From contig JAVYSA010000001.1 of the NCBI GenBank assembly GCA_038729445.1, positions 12,300-76,299 on the forward strand: a DNA stretch of 64,000 nucleotides, read 5' to 3'. Positions 1-7,456 of this stretch are shown piece after piece. A model generated the notes under the pieces. It saw nothing but the letters and a program-made list of their open reading frames with translations. It was not told where the DNA came from and made no database searches. This stretch comes from Thermoplasmata archaeon (GTDB lineage Archaea > Thermoplasmatota > Thermoplasmata > Lutacidiplasmatales > UBA184). The stretch's first letter is position 1. Each line of letters starts with the position of its first letter. The position numbers and the translations under genes are program-made.

Positions 1-1600
1 TGACGTCGACGCACAGGGCGTAGTTCTTCACCAGCCCGCAGTTCTGCCCCTCGGGGGTCTCGTTGGGGCACAGGCGCCCGAACTGCGTGGGGTGGAGATC
101 GCGGGCCTCGAAGTGGGGCTGCGTCCGGGTCAGGGGGCTCGTGACCCGGCGCAGGTGGCTGATCGCCGACATGTGGCTGGTCCGGTCGAGGACCTGGCTC
201 ACGCCGGAGCGCCCGCCGACCCAGTTGCCGGTGGCGAGCGCGTGGCCGAGGCGCTGCGTCAAGAGGTCCGGCCGGATCGCGCTCGCGATCCGTAGGTCCT
301 TCTTGCGCGCGAACGACCGCTCGAGCTGGTACTTGAGGTCCTTGAGGAGCAGGCCGAAGGCGACCCGGAAGAGGTCCTCCATCAGGTCGCCGGCGAGCTT
401 GAGGCGCTTGTTGGCGTAGTGGTCCTTGTCATCCTCCCCGCGCTGCTTGAGGTGCAGCTCAAGGACGGTCCGGGCCATCCGGCCGAGGTAGAGGGCCTTC
501 TTCAGCCGGTCGGCGCTCGTGTCGCCGAGGTGCGGGAGCAGCGAGCGGTCGAGGATGCCGTCGACCTTCCGCTGGCGGAACTCCTTGGCCTGGCCCGTCG
601 CGAACTTCTTCTCGAGGAAGAGCAGCGCGTCCTGGGTCGTCTGGATCCCCTCGGGAGGGTAGGTCTTCTTGGAGAGGGACTCCTCGATGTTGACGTTGAG
701 CAGGTGCTTCATCGTCTGGACGAACGGCTCGTCCAGCGGCATCAGTTCGCCGAGCACCGCCTGGAAGATCTCCTCGTCGTTCTTCATCCCGAGGGCCTTC
801 ATCAGCACGACCAGCGGGATCTGGCCGCTGGCGCTCGGGACGCTGACCTGAAGGATCCCCTCGCGCTTCTTCTCGACGACGGTGAGGGAGCGGTACCCGC
901 CGCGCTGGCTGAAGACCTTCGCGCTCTCGACCGGTGTGCCGTAGCGCTCGCTGTACTCCGCGAAGATGCGGTTCGGGGCGAGATCCTCGAGGCTGATGAT
1001 GACCCGCTCGGTCCCCCCGATGATGAAGTATCCGCCCGGGTCGAGGGGGTCCTCCCCGTACTCCACGAGCTTGGCCCGGTACTCCTCGTCCGAGATCGGG
1101 AAGCCGCTGTCCCGCTCGATGTTGACCCGGTTGAGGTTGCAGGGCCGGCTCTTGACCATGATCGGGAGATCGCCGATGTGGACGTTCTCGGGGGCCCGCT
1201 CGACCCCGTTCTCCACGACGGTGACGTTGAGGAAGATAGGGGCCTGGTAGGTCAGGTTCCGCAGCCGCGCCTCCATCGGGGTGAGCGTCGGCTTCGACCC
1301 GACCGGCTCCTTGACGAACGGCTGGCCGACGAAGATCGTGGGCTCCGCGGACGGGCTCACGGCCCCGGTGCGGGGGTCCCGCCGGCGCCCGACCCGGACG
1401 TAGATCGAGCTCTTCGTCTTCTGCACGTCGAGGCGGACGAGCCCGCGATCGTTTGTCTCGTCGCTGACGCGGGCCTCGTCGACGATCCGCTGCATCCGCG
1501 AGTTCGGATTGTCGTTGGTCGGCAGGAAGTCGTTGAAGCTCGCCAGATGGTGGTTGACGATCGACCGCTCCCGGAAGAATGCATCGACGATCTCGCGCAT
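1..1600 (-). CDS. rpoB: DNA-directed RNA polymerase subunit B (or B''), N-terminal part; gene continues past window start
   Basis: The frame is absent from the ORF track because it runs off the window edge. Hand translation from ATG at 1600-1598 (minus) gives MREIVDAFFRERSIVNHHLASFNDFLPTNDNPN..., which matches the conserved RpoB N-terminus. It lies immediately downstream of rpoH, as in the canonical archaeal rpoH-rpoB operon. Confidence 0.8.
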   Translation of the reverse strand, partial: MREIVDAFFRERSIVNHHLASFNDFLPTNDNPNSRMQRIVDEARVSDETNDRGLVRLDVQKTKSSIYVRVGRRRDPRTGAVSPSAEPTIFVGQPFVKEPVGSKPTLTPMEARLRNLTYQAPIFLNVTVVENGVERAPENVHIGDLPIMVKSRPCNLNRVNIERDSGFPISDEEYRAKLVEYGEDPLDPGGYFIIGGTERVIISLEDLAPNRIFAEYSERYGTPVESAKVFSQRGGYRSLTVVEKKREGILQVSVPSASGQIPLVVLMKALGMKNDEEIFQAVLGELMPLDEPFVQTMKHLLNVNIEESLSKKTYPPEGIQTTQDALLFLEKKFATGQAKEFRQRKVDGILDRSLLPHLGDTSADRLKKALYLGRMARTVLELHLKQRGEDDKDHYANKRLKLAGDLMEDLFRVAFGLLLKDLKYQLERSFARKKDLRIASAIRPDLLTQRLGHALATGNWVGGRSGVSQVLDRTSHMSAISHLRRVTSPLTRTQPHFEARDLHPTQFGRLCPNETPEGQNCGLVKNYALCVDV

Positions 1601-1603
1601 GCC

Positions 1604-1942
1604 CTACGACCCTCCCACGTTCGCGACGATGACCCGATAGGCAATGGACAGGCCGGCGGTCTCGCTCGGCCGCCGGATCCGGACGAGCCGGCCGACCAGG
1701 TTCTCCCCGGCCTCCCGGGCCCTCGCGTAGCCCGGATCTGTGTTGAGCCCCGGGTCCTGCAGCAGGATCTTCGGCAGGCGCTCCGGGCTCGTGCGGAGCT
1801 CCGCGAGCACGCGGGCCGACTCTTCCTCGCTCAGGATCTCGTGGGGGGGCACCAGAAGGTGGGCCACGAACGGCCGATCGGTGGCCGCGGGGGTCTTGCG
1901 CGAGCGCTTGGCGCTGCGGGCGGTGGGTCGACGGGAGCTCAT
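1604..1942 (-). CDS. rpoH: DNA-directed RNA polymerase subunit H (Rpb5 homolog)
   Basis: 112-aa product containing HLLVPPHEILSEEE...LPKILLQDPG...RPSETAG..YRVIV, the signature of archaeal RpoH. Its stop sits 6 nt before the rpoB ATG. Confidence 0.9.
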   Translation of the reverse strand: MSSRRPTARSAKRSRKTPAATDRPFVAHLLVPPHEILSEEESARVLAELRTSPERLPKILLQDPGLNTDPGYARAREAGENLVGRLVRIRRPSETAGLSIAYRVIVANVGGS

Positions 1943-2165
1943 GGATCACCTGGGAGGGGGATGTGGGCCCGGGGGGAATCCCGGTCCGGCCCTCCGCCCA
2001 GCGGGCGACCGGACGTTCGAACCCCCGACCAACTGGTTAAAAGCCAGCTGCTCTGTCCCGGGCCCCCGCGCGCCGCGGGCGGCCGACCGGGCTGAGCTAC
2101 GGGCCCGTCGCTGCCCCCGGCCGCGCCGACCGGGCCGGTGTATTTCAGGCTAGCCGTCCGGGAGC

Positions 2166-2468
2166 TCACTGCAGGCTCTCCAGCTGCGACATGATCGACC
2201 AGATCGCGGTCCGGCCGTGCGAGGGGAGGTTCGGGTCGTTGGCGAGCTCGTCCAGGACGGACAGCGCCCCGGCGATGCGGACGTCCCGGGCGACCGTCGC
2301 CCGCGAGAGGGCCTCCCGGGCCGCGATCGCGGCCCGGCGGACGTTGCGGGGCACCGAGCCGTCGTCCCCGAGCGCGGTGAGCGAGGCGGTGATCCGCCCG
2401 AGGCCACCGGTGTCGGGATCCGCCCCGGCCGGAGCGGAGGAGCCGCGGGTGAGGGAGGGGGAGCTCAT
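2166..2468 (-). CDS. UPF0147 family protein (small archaeal protein with duplicated helical repeat)
   Basis: 100-aa product with two repeats containing SVPRNVRRAAIAAREAL and NDPNLPSHGRTAIWSIMSQLE, matching the UPF0147 family. Confidence 0.7.
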   Translation of the reverse strand: MSSPSLTRGSSAPAGADPDTGGLGRITASLTALGDDGSVPRNVRRAAIAAREALSRATVARDVRIAGALSVLDELANDPNLPSHGRTAIWSIMSQLESLQ

Positions 2469-2803
2469 GGACGCGGCACCTCCCCGCCCTCCTTGTAGGC
2501 GGTGACGACGAGGAGCGTCTTGGTCTCCCGGATCCCCCGGACCCCCGGCAGGCGGTGCAGGACGAACTCCTTGAGCTCGTCGTAGTGCGGGAAGCGGACC
2601 TTCAGGAAGATGTCGGTGTCCCCGGTGACGAGGTAGACGTCCTCCACCTCGACGAACTTGGCGACCTCACCGGCCACCGCGTCGGCCTCGGAGGTCTCGA
2701 CCTTGAGGGCGATGAGCGCGACGACGTGGTCGTCCCCCCAGACCTTCGTGAAGGCGCTCTCCACGCTCCGGCTCACGGGGGGCTTCGGGTTCGGGCGTTC
2801 CAT
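2465..2803 (-). CDS. Lrp/AsnC-family ligand-binding (RAM) domain protein
   Basis: The core VVALIALKVE...VYLVTGDTDIFLKVRFPHYDELKEFVLHRLPGVRGIRETKTLLV matches stand-alone AsnC-type RAM domain proteins. Its stop overlaps the UPF0147 start in an ATGA overlap. The N-terminal start is uncertain. Confidence 0.65.
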   Translation of the reverse strand: MERPNPKPPVSRSVESAFTKVWGDDHVVALIALKVETSEADAVAGEVAKFVEVEDVYLVTGDTDIFLKVRFPHYDELKEFVLHRLPGVRGIRETKTLLVVTAYKEGGEVPRP

Positions 2804-2891
2804 GCTCTCCTCCCTTTGGACTCCCTTCCGACCGTGCGGCGCGATCTCCCCCTCGTTCCCCGCGGATGCCGACCCGGATCTCCCGATGCCG

Positions 2892-3066
2892 TCAGGTGTC
2901 CGGGGTCGACTCGAACTCCTCTTGGAGGTCGTTGATCACCTGATCGATCACGGCACTGCCCGACGTGCCCCGGTACTCCCGGACCCCGCCGGCCTCGCTC
3001 GAGACGCGGGCGATCGTCTCCGATCCGCCCCGGAGGAATTCGACATTGCAGATGAGCTCCTCCACC
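2892..3066 (-). CDS. Small hypothetical protein (about 57 aa) with acidic C-terminus
   Basis: This is the C-terminal tail of ORF 2892..4349. It reads (V/M)EELICNVEFLRGGSETIARVSSEAGGVREYRGTSGSAVIDQVINDLQEEFESTPDT. The proposed GTG start is at 3066-3064. An unusually AT-rich TATA-like island (CTATTTATGATTATG, about 3106-3120) lies 40-50 nt upstream on the correct side. No family is recognised. Confidence 0.3.
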
Positions 3067-3095
3067 GGCGGCCGCCCCCCCGAGCGACGGGCCGA

Positions 3096-3120
3096 AAATG
3101 CCCCCCTATTTATGATTATG
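3096..3120 (-). promoter_or_regulatory. AT-rich TATA-like island
   Basis: The plus-strand sequence ccccctatttatgattatg sits in a roughly 70% GC background. It may be the promoter of the small ORF 2892..3066, a T-rich terminator for the S53 gene that ends at 3233, or both. Confidence 0.35.
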
Positions 3121-3232
3121 CCGAGCCTCCGGTCGCGGGGGGCCGGAAGGGGGTTCGGGGCCGGGTCCGGTGCGCCCCGCCGCGAAGCGGTCGATCGGCC
3201 CGGCCCTGGGTCCCCGTCCTTCGGGATCCCGC

Positions 3233-6200
3233 CTACGGCCGGGGTGCCCCGCAGCGAGAGCAGAAATGGTCGGACTCGGCGAGCGGGGCCCCGCAGTGGA
3301 CGCAGGCGGCAGGAGGCGGCGGGGCCGCGGGAGCCGAGGGCGCGGACGGCGAGGGGGAGGAGGGGGCGAGCCGCTCCCGGCGCTCGGAGCGGCGCCCGAG
3401 GGTGGCCCCTGCGGCCGCGACCGCCCCGAACGCCGCCGCGAGGCCAAGGACGAGAAGGAGCGCCGGAAGACCGCAGGCGCCGAAGAGGCAGAACCGGTCC
3501 AGCAGGGAGCTCACCGAGTTCCCGCTCGCCGCGAAGCCGATGCCGATCGACACGCCGCTCCCGTGGACCGCGAACGATCCGTTCTGCGGGGTCGCGAGAT
3601 ACCCCGGGACCGACCCGACGGTGAACGCGTAGCTTCCATTCGGAAGCGACCAGACGATCGCCCCCGGCGCGCCCGCGGCCTGGGTGGACCCGCCGATCGA
3701 CACCGACCAGGTGCCGGAGGGAAGCCCGCTCTCCGTGAAGACGACCCGGTAGAGCGTCTGGTTCCAGCGCACGAGGACCGGGGGTGGGTTGAGCCCGGCG
3801 ACCACGATCGTGCCCCCGTACCCGTTCGCCCGCCAGCCCGGCACGTTGCCGATCCGGTAGGAATAGCTCCCGTTGCCCAATGCGAAGCCGAGCATGAGTC
3901 CGGTGCTGGTCTGGGTGATGTTTCCCACCGATGCGCTCCACGGGAGCCCCGGAAGTCCTTGGGAGAGCACCGAGGCGAAGTAGGTCCCCCGAGGCATCGG
4001 CACGAAGGGGACCGCCACGGTGGCCGGGCCCGCGCCTCCGACCGTGACGACGCCGGTTCCCGGGCTCGCACGGTAGGCGCTCCCCGTGGTGAACGCTGCC
4101 CAAGGGTAGCTGCCCCAGGCGACCGAGAGCGACAGGGCCGATGCGGTGGTCGTGGCGATCGTGCCACCGAGGTCGACCGACCAGGCGGTTCCGGCCGGAA
4201 GGCCCGTCGCGTTGAACTGGACCGTCTGGTGCGTCTGGGACCGGTTTGCGGGGTTGCCGGCGAATGCGGTCGCATACATGGCGATCCCCTGCGTCCGGCT
4301 CCCGTTCGCGTAGCCGAAGCCCCAGGACGACGGCCCGCTCGGGGTCCAACTGAGGTTCGCCGCGGCCTCGCTCGTCTGGCTCCCGAAGTATCCGAAGGAG
4401 GAGGACAGGGGAGCCGGGACGTAGGAGGGGCTCCCGGTCATCTCAAGGTAGGCCGCGGCGACACCGGTCGTCGCCGGCCCGAAGTGCCCGAGTCCCCCGG
4501 TCGGCCCCCCCAGGAGGCCGAACTGCGGGACGAGGCCCCAGGGGGCCTCCTCCGACGGGTACGGACCGTCGGTGTACTGCTGTCCCTGCCAGTAGTAGGA
4601 ATAGTTCTCTCCCGCGATGATGTACTGTCCCCCGGGGAGGGGCAGCGAGAGCCGCACGGAGTTCACCTGGAAGTCGAGCATCGCCGACGCGCCGTAGCCC
4701 GCGATCGCGCTCGTGATCGTCCATGCGAACGGCGCCTGGCCGAGGCTGCCGTTCACGGGGAAGTTGTAGAGGTAGACGGACTGGTCGGGGTAGAGCCCAT
4801 AGAAGGGGTAGATCACCCAGCCGGTGAAGTTGATCGACCAGCGGGCCGGCGTCCCCGAGAGGAAGATGACGTTCTGGACCCAGTAGAGCGGTGCGCCGAG
4901 GCTGTTCGCGACGAAGAAGTTCTGCTGGACGGAGGCGTTGTAGGTGGCGTCCGGGCCGCTGCTCGTGACCTCGAGAGCGTTGAGCTGAAGCACGTCGCGC
5001 ACGCCCCGGGCGGAGAACGGGGCCCCGGCGTAGGTGTCGTTGAGGACGAACGCGGTGAAGTTGTAGGCGTCCAGCGAACCCCACCCGGTGACGAGGTCGT
5101 ACCCGACCGCGGCCGGGTAGAGGTAGTTCTGGCCCCGGACGACGTCGTTCACGGGGGTCGCGGGGAGCACGGAACGCCATCCGCCGGTGAAGACCGCGCC
5201 GACCGGGGTCGTCCCGGCGGTCGGCTGCTGGAGGAGCTCGTTCGCCCACGCGTAGACAACCGGGTCGACGAACCCGAGCGCGGGCTGCCCGTAGGCCGCC
5301 AGGACGGCGTCGATCTCGGCCAGGAGACCGGCGGTGACAGGGCAGGCGATCGATGTCCCGATCAGCGTGGCGGAGGCGCCCCCGAGCTCGATGATGGTGT
5401 TGTTCGCGACCGCGGAGAGGTCGGGGGTTCCCCGCTGCCCGCCCTGCCCGTATTGGTCGATGTACGTCCGGGCCTCGGTGCCCGCCTGCCAGGAGGGCAT
5501 GGCGTACTGGGTGCTGGTCCCTCCGGAGCTCCCGTAGCCGGGCCCCGGTTCGTACCAGGCGACCTGGCTCGCGATGTGCAGGTAGGACGGCCCGGCCGAC
5601 GTGACCAGCGTGAGGGTCGTGCCCCCGACCCCGATGGTCCCGTAGGTGTCGAACCCGACGGAGGAGGGAAACTCCACCGCGGTCCCGACCCACGCGGGGG
5701 AGTTCGGGTTGTCCCCCGCGTCGCCGGTCGCGGCGAGGACCGTGATCCCGCGGGCCGCCGCCTCCTGCATGTAGCCGCTCCATGCGGCATCGACCCGGTC
5801 GGATCCTCCCCAGGAGTTCGACACCACGCTCACGTTGTCGAGCCCCGGCGTCGAGGTCGGGTTGAGGATGTACGCCATCGCCGCATCGGCGTCGCTGGTG
5901 TAGTCCGAGGGCCCGTAGACGTTGTAGATCGTCGCCCCCGGCGCGGTGCTGCCGACCATCGAGAGGTCGAGGGTGTTCTCCTCGACGGCGTTGGTGACGT
6001 CCCGGCTCGCCGACGGGCCTGGGGGAGGGGCCCCACCCAGCGGAACACCGTAGACCGGCGAGTGGGGCTGTCCTGCGGGCAGGGTCGTGTTGAAGTAGCC
6101 GTAGACGTCGCTCGGATCGAACGGCGCCGTCAGGTCCCCGCTCGGGCACGGCTGGGTGGTGACGGTGCAGCCGGCCCACAGGATCGTCGCGACGACCTCC

Positions 6201-7141
6201 GCGGTCGGCATCGCGATCTGGAGGAGCCCCTGCTCGTCGTAGGCGACCTGCAAGTCCGCCCCGTACAGGTACTGGGTCCCCCCGACCTCGACCGGCGACG
6301 GGTAGCCGTCGACCCTCGCCGGAGCGGAGGGGAGGCCGGCCGGATGCTGCGGGGGGCCGGCGAGCGTGGGAGCCAAGGGCGCCCCGCTCGACAGGCCGAT
6401 CACCTGCTGGACGTCCCTCGCGATCGGGCCCGGGAGCGTCGGGCGGCCCAAGGGGAGGTAGAACGGCCCACCCGAGGCCGACCGGGCGGAGCCGAACCCG
6501 ATCCCGAACGCCGCGCCCAGGGCCCGGGCGGGGCCCTGCAGCAGGATGCCGCTGCGGTCGGCGAAGGTCATCGCCGTGACCCCCGGGAAGGAGGCGAAGT
6601 ACCGCGCGGCGTCCGCATAGGCCGTCAGGTTTCCCGCGAAGGCCGCATCGAACTCCGTCCGGGTCAGGTAGCGGTGGTACTCCGGGCTTGACGGATCGGA
6701 GAGGTTCGCCAGCAGCGACGCCAGCGCGGCCGGATGGGAGAAGGGGAACGACACGAAGACCGAGACCGGGCCGGAGTAGGGCCCGACGATCGCGGGATCG
6801 AGCGGGAGTCCCGCGTCGGCCGGGACCGGCAGCCTCGGAGCCGAGAGGAGGGAGGAGAGAGGCGCCCCGACCTCGGTGAGCGCCACGGAAGCCCCTCCGG
6901 AAGAGGGCAGGGACGGGGAAGCGGCGGCCGTCGGCGCCACCACCGAAAGGGCGCTGACCGCGAGGATCGCCGCGGCGACGATCGGTCCCCAGCGGGGGAT
7001 CCCCGCCGCCCTCCGCCGATGCCCACCGGCGACGCGCTCCCGCTCCACGACCGATCCGCGATCCCTCCGTCGGCCGAGGCGGCGCGCCCAAGATAATCCT
7101 TCCCGACCGGGGGCGCGGCTCCGCCCGGGGCGCGCCGGCAT
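3233..7141 (-). CDS. Secreted sedolisin-like (S53) serine peptidase fused to a large beta-rich extracellular domain, C-terminal TM anchor and cytoplasmic zinc ribbon
   Basis: In-frame ATG at 7141, inside listed ORF 3233..7426. There is a basic N-region with an RRR motif, followed by a hydrophobic signal (IVAAAILAVSALSVVAPTAAA). A pro-kumamolisin-like activation segment is present (PEYHRYLTRTEFDAAF...). Sedolisin motifs include VSNSWGGSD and GTSIACP (the catalytic Ser context). A very long Ser/Thr/Gly/Tyr-rich region with many N-x-S/T sequons follows. The C-terminus carries a TM helix (LPALLLVLGLAAAFGAVAAAG) and then CVHCGAPL...CSRCGAP. Confidence 0.8.
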   Translation of the reverse strand: MPARPGRSRAPGREGLSWARRLGRRRDRGSVVERERVAGGHRRRAAGIPRWGPIVAAAILAVSALSVVAPTAAASPSLPSSGGASVALTEVGAPLSSLLSAPRLPVPADAGLPLDPAIVGPYSGPVSVFVSFPFSHPAALASLLANLSDPSSPEYHRYLTRTEFDAAFAGNLTAYADAARYFASFPGVTAMTFADRSGILLQGPARALGAAFGIGFGSARSASGGPFYLPLGRPTLPGPIARDVQQVIGLSSGAPLAPTLAGPPQHPAGLPSAPARVDGYPSPVEVGGTQYLYGADLQVAYDEQGLLQIAMPTAEVVATILWAGCTVTTQPCPSGDLTAPFDPSDVYGYFNTTLPAGQPHSPVYGVPLGGAPPPGPSASRDVTNAVEENTLDLSMVGSTAPGATIYNVYGPSDYTSDADAAMAYILNPTSTPGLDNVSVVSNSWGGSDRVDAAWSGYMQEAAARGITVLAATGDAGDNPNSPAWVGTAVEFPSSVGFDTYGTIGVGGTTLTLVTSAGPSYLHIASQVAWYEPGPGYGSSGGTSTQYAMPSWQAGTEARTYIDQYGQGGQRGTPDLSAVANNTIIELGGASATLIGTSIACPVTAGLLAEIDAVLAAYGQPALGFVDPVVYAWANELLQQPTAGTTPVGAVFTGGWRSVLPATPVNDVVRGQNYLYPAAVGYDLVTGWGSLDAYNFTAFVLNDTYAGAPFSARGVRDVLQLNALEVTSSGPDATYNASVQQNFFVANSLGAPLYWVQNVIFLSGTPARWSINFTGWVIYPFYGLYPDQSVYLYNFPVNGSLGQAPFAWTITSAIAGYGASAMLDFQVNSVRLSLPLPGGQYIIAGENYSYYWQGQQYTDGPYPSEEAPWGLVPQFGLLGGPTGGLGHFGPATTGVAAAYLEMTGSPSYVPAPLSSSFGYFGSQTSEAAANLSWTPSGPSSWGFGYANGSRTQGIAMYATAFAGNPANRSQTHQTVQFNATGLPAGTAWSVDLGGTIATTTASALSLSVAWGSYPWAAFTTGSAYRASPGTGVVTVGGAGPATVAVPFVPMPRGTYFASVLSQGLPGLPWSASVGNITQTSTGLMLGFALGNGSYSYRIGNVPGWRANGYGGTIVVAGLNPPPVLVRWNQTLYRVVFTESGLPSGTWSVSIGGSTQAAGAPGAIVWSLPNGSYAFTVGSVPGYLATPQNGSFAVHGSGVSIGIGFAASGNSVSSLLDRFCLFGACGLPALLLVLGLAAAFGAVAAAGATLGRRSERRERLAPSSPSPSAPSAPAAPPPPAACVHCGAPLAESDHFCSRCGAPRP

Positions 7142-7145
7142 GCCG

Positions 7146-7153
7146 TTATGTAA
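7146..7153 (+). promoter_or_regulatory. TATA-like box for purS (leaderless)
   Basis: TTATGTAA lies about 25 nt upstream of the purS ATG at 7176, in the 34-nt divergent spacer between the S53 gene and purS. Confidence 0.4.
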
Positions 7154-7175
7154 CGCCGTGCCTCCCCGGGATGGG

Positions 7176-7448
7176 ATGGAGCCCTCGGGACCCCTCCGCG
7201 GCACCACGGTGGAGGTCCGGGTCGAGCTCAAGGCGGAGGTCCTCGACGCCGAGGCGGAGGCGATCCAGCGGTCCCTCGGCCTCCTGGGGATCGAACCGGC
7301 GCCCCGGGTGCGTACGGCCCGCATCTTCTCCCTCGCCTTCCCCGGGATCGGCCCGGCCGAGGCGGAGGCCCGGGCGCGGACGGCCGTCGATCTCCTGCTC
7401 GCCAATCCGGTCGTGCACACCGTCACCCTGACGACGCGGGGCGACTAG
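7176..7448 (+). CDS. purS: Phosphoribosylformylglycinamidine synthase subunit PurS
   Basis: The 90-aa product MEPSGPLRGTTVEVRVELKAEVLDAEAEAIQRSLGLLGIEP...LLANPVVHTVTLT matches PurS. It is immediately followed by purL. Confidence 0.85.
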   Translation: MEPSGPLRGTTVEVRVELKAEVLDAEAEAIQRSLGLLGIEPAPRVRTARIFSLAFPGIGPAEAEARARTAVDLLLANPVVHTVTLTTRGD

Positions 7449-7456
7449 GGCCGGGG

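Noticed and set aside
419-2095. Long plus-strand ORF (558 aa), plus overlapping minus ORF 459..1949
   Set aside because: The translations are low-complexity Arg/Gly/Pro/Asp-rich with no motifs. They lie in alternative frames of the genuine rpoB/rpoH genes, a typical high-GC frame artefact.
1943-2165. Possible rpoH promoter (CTTTTAAC at about 2033-2046 on the minus strand)
   Set aside because: It lies about 95 nt from the rpoH ATG, unlike the approximately 25-35-nt spacing seen at the clear promoters. rpoH may instead be co-transcribed with the upstream UPF0147 and AsnC-like genes. The evidence is too weak to call.
3170-7091. ORFs 3170..6691 (+, 1173 aa) and 4443..7091 (-, 882 aa)
   Set aside because: They are antisense or alternate frames of the S53 peptidase gene. 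The sequence is dominated by R/G/P/D repeats with no domain signatures.
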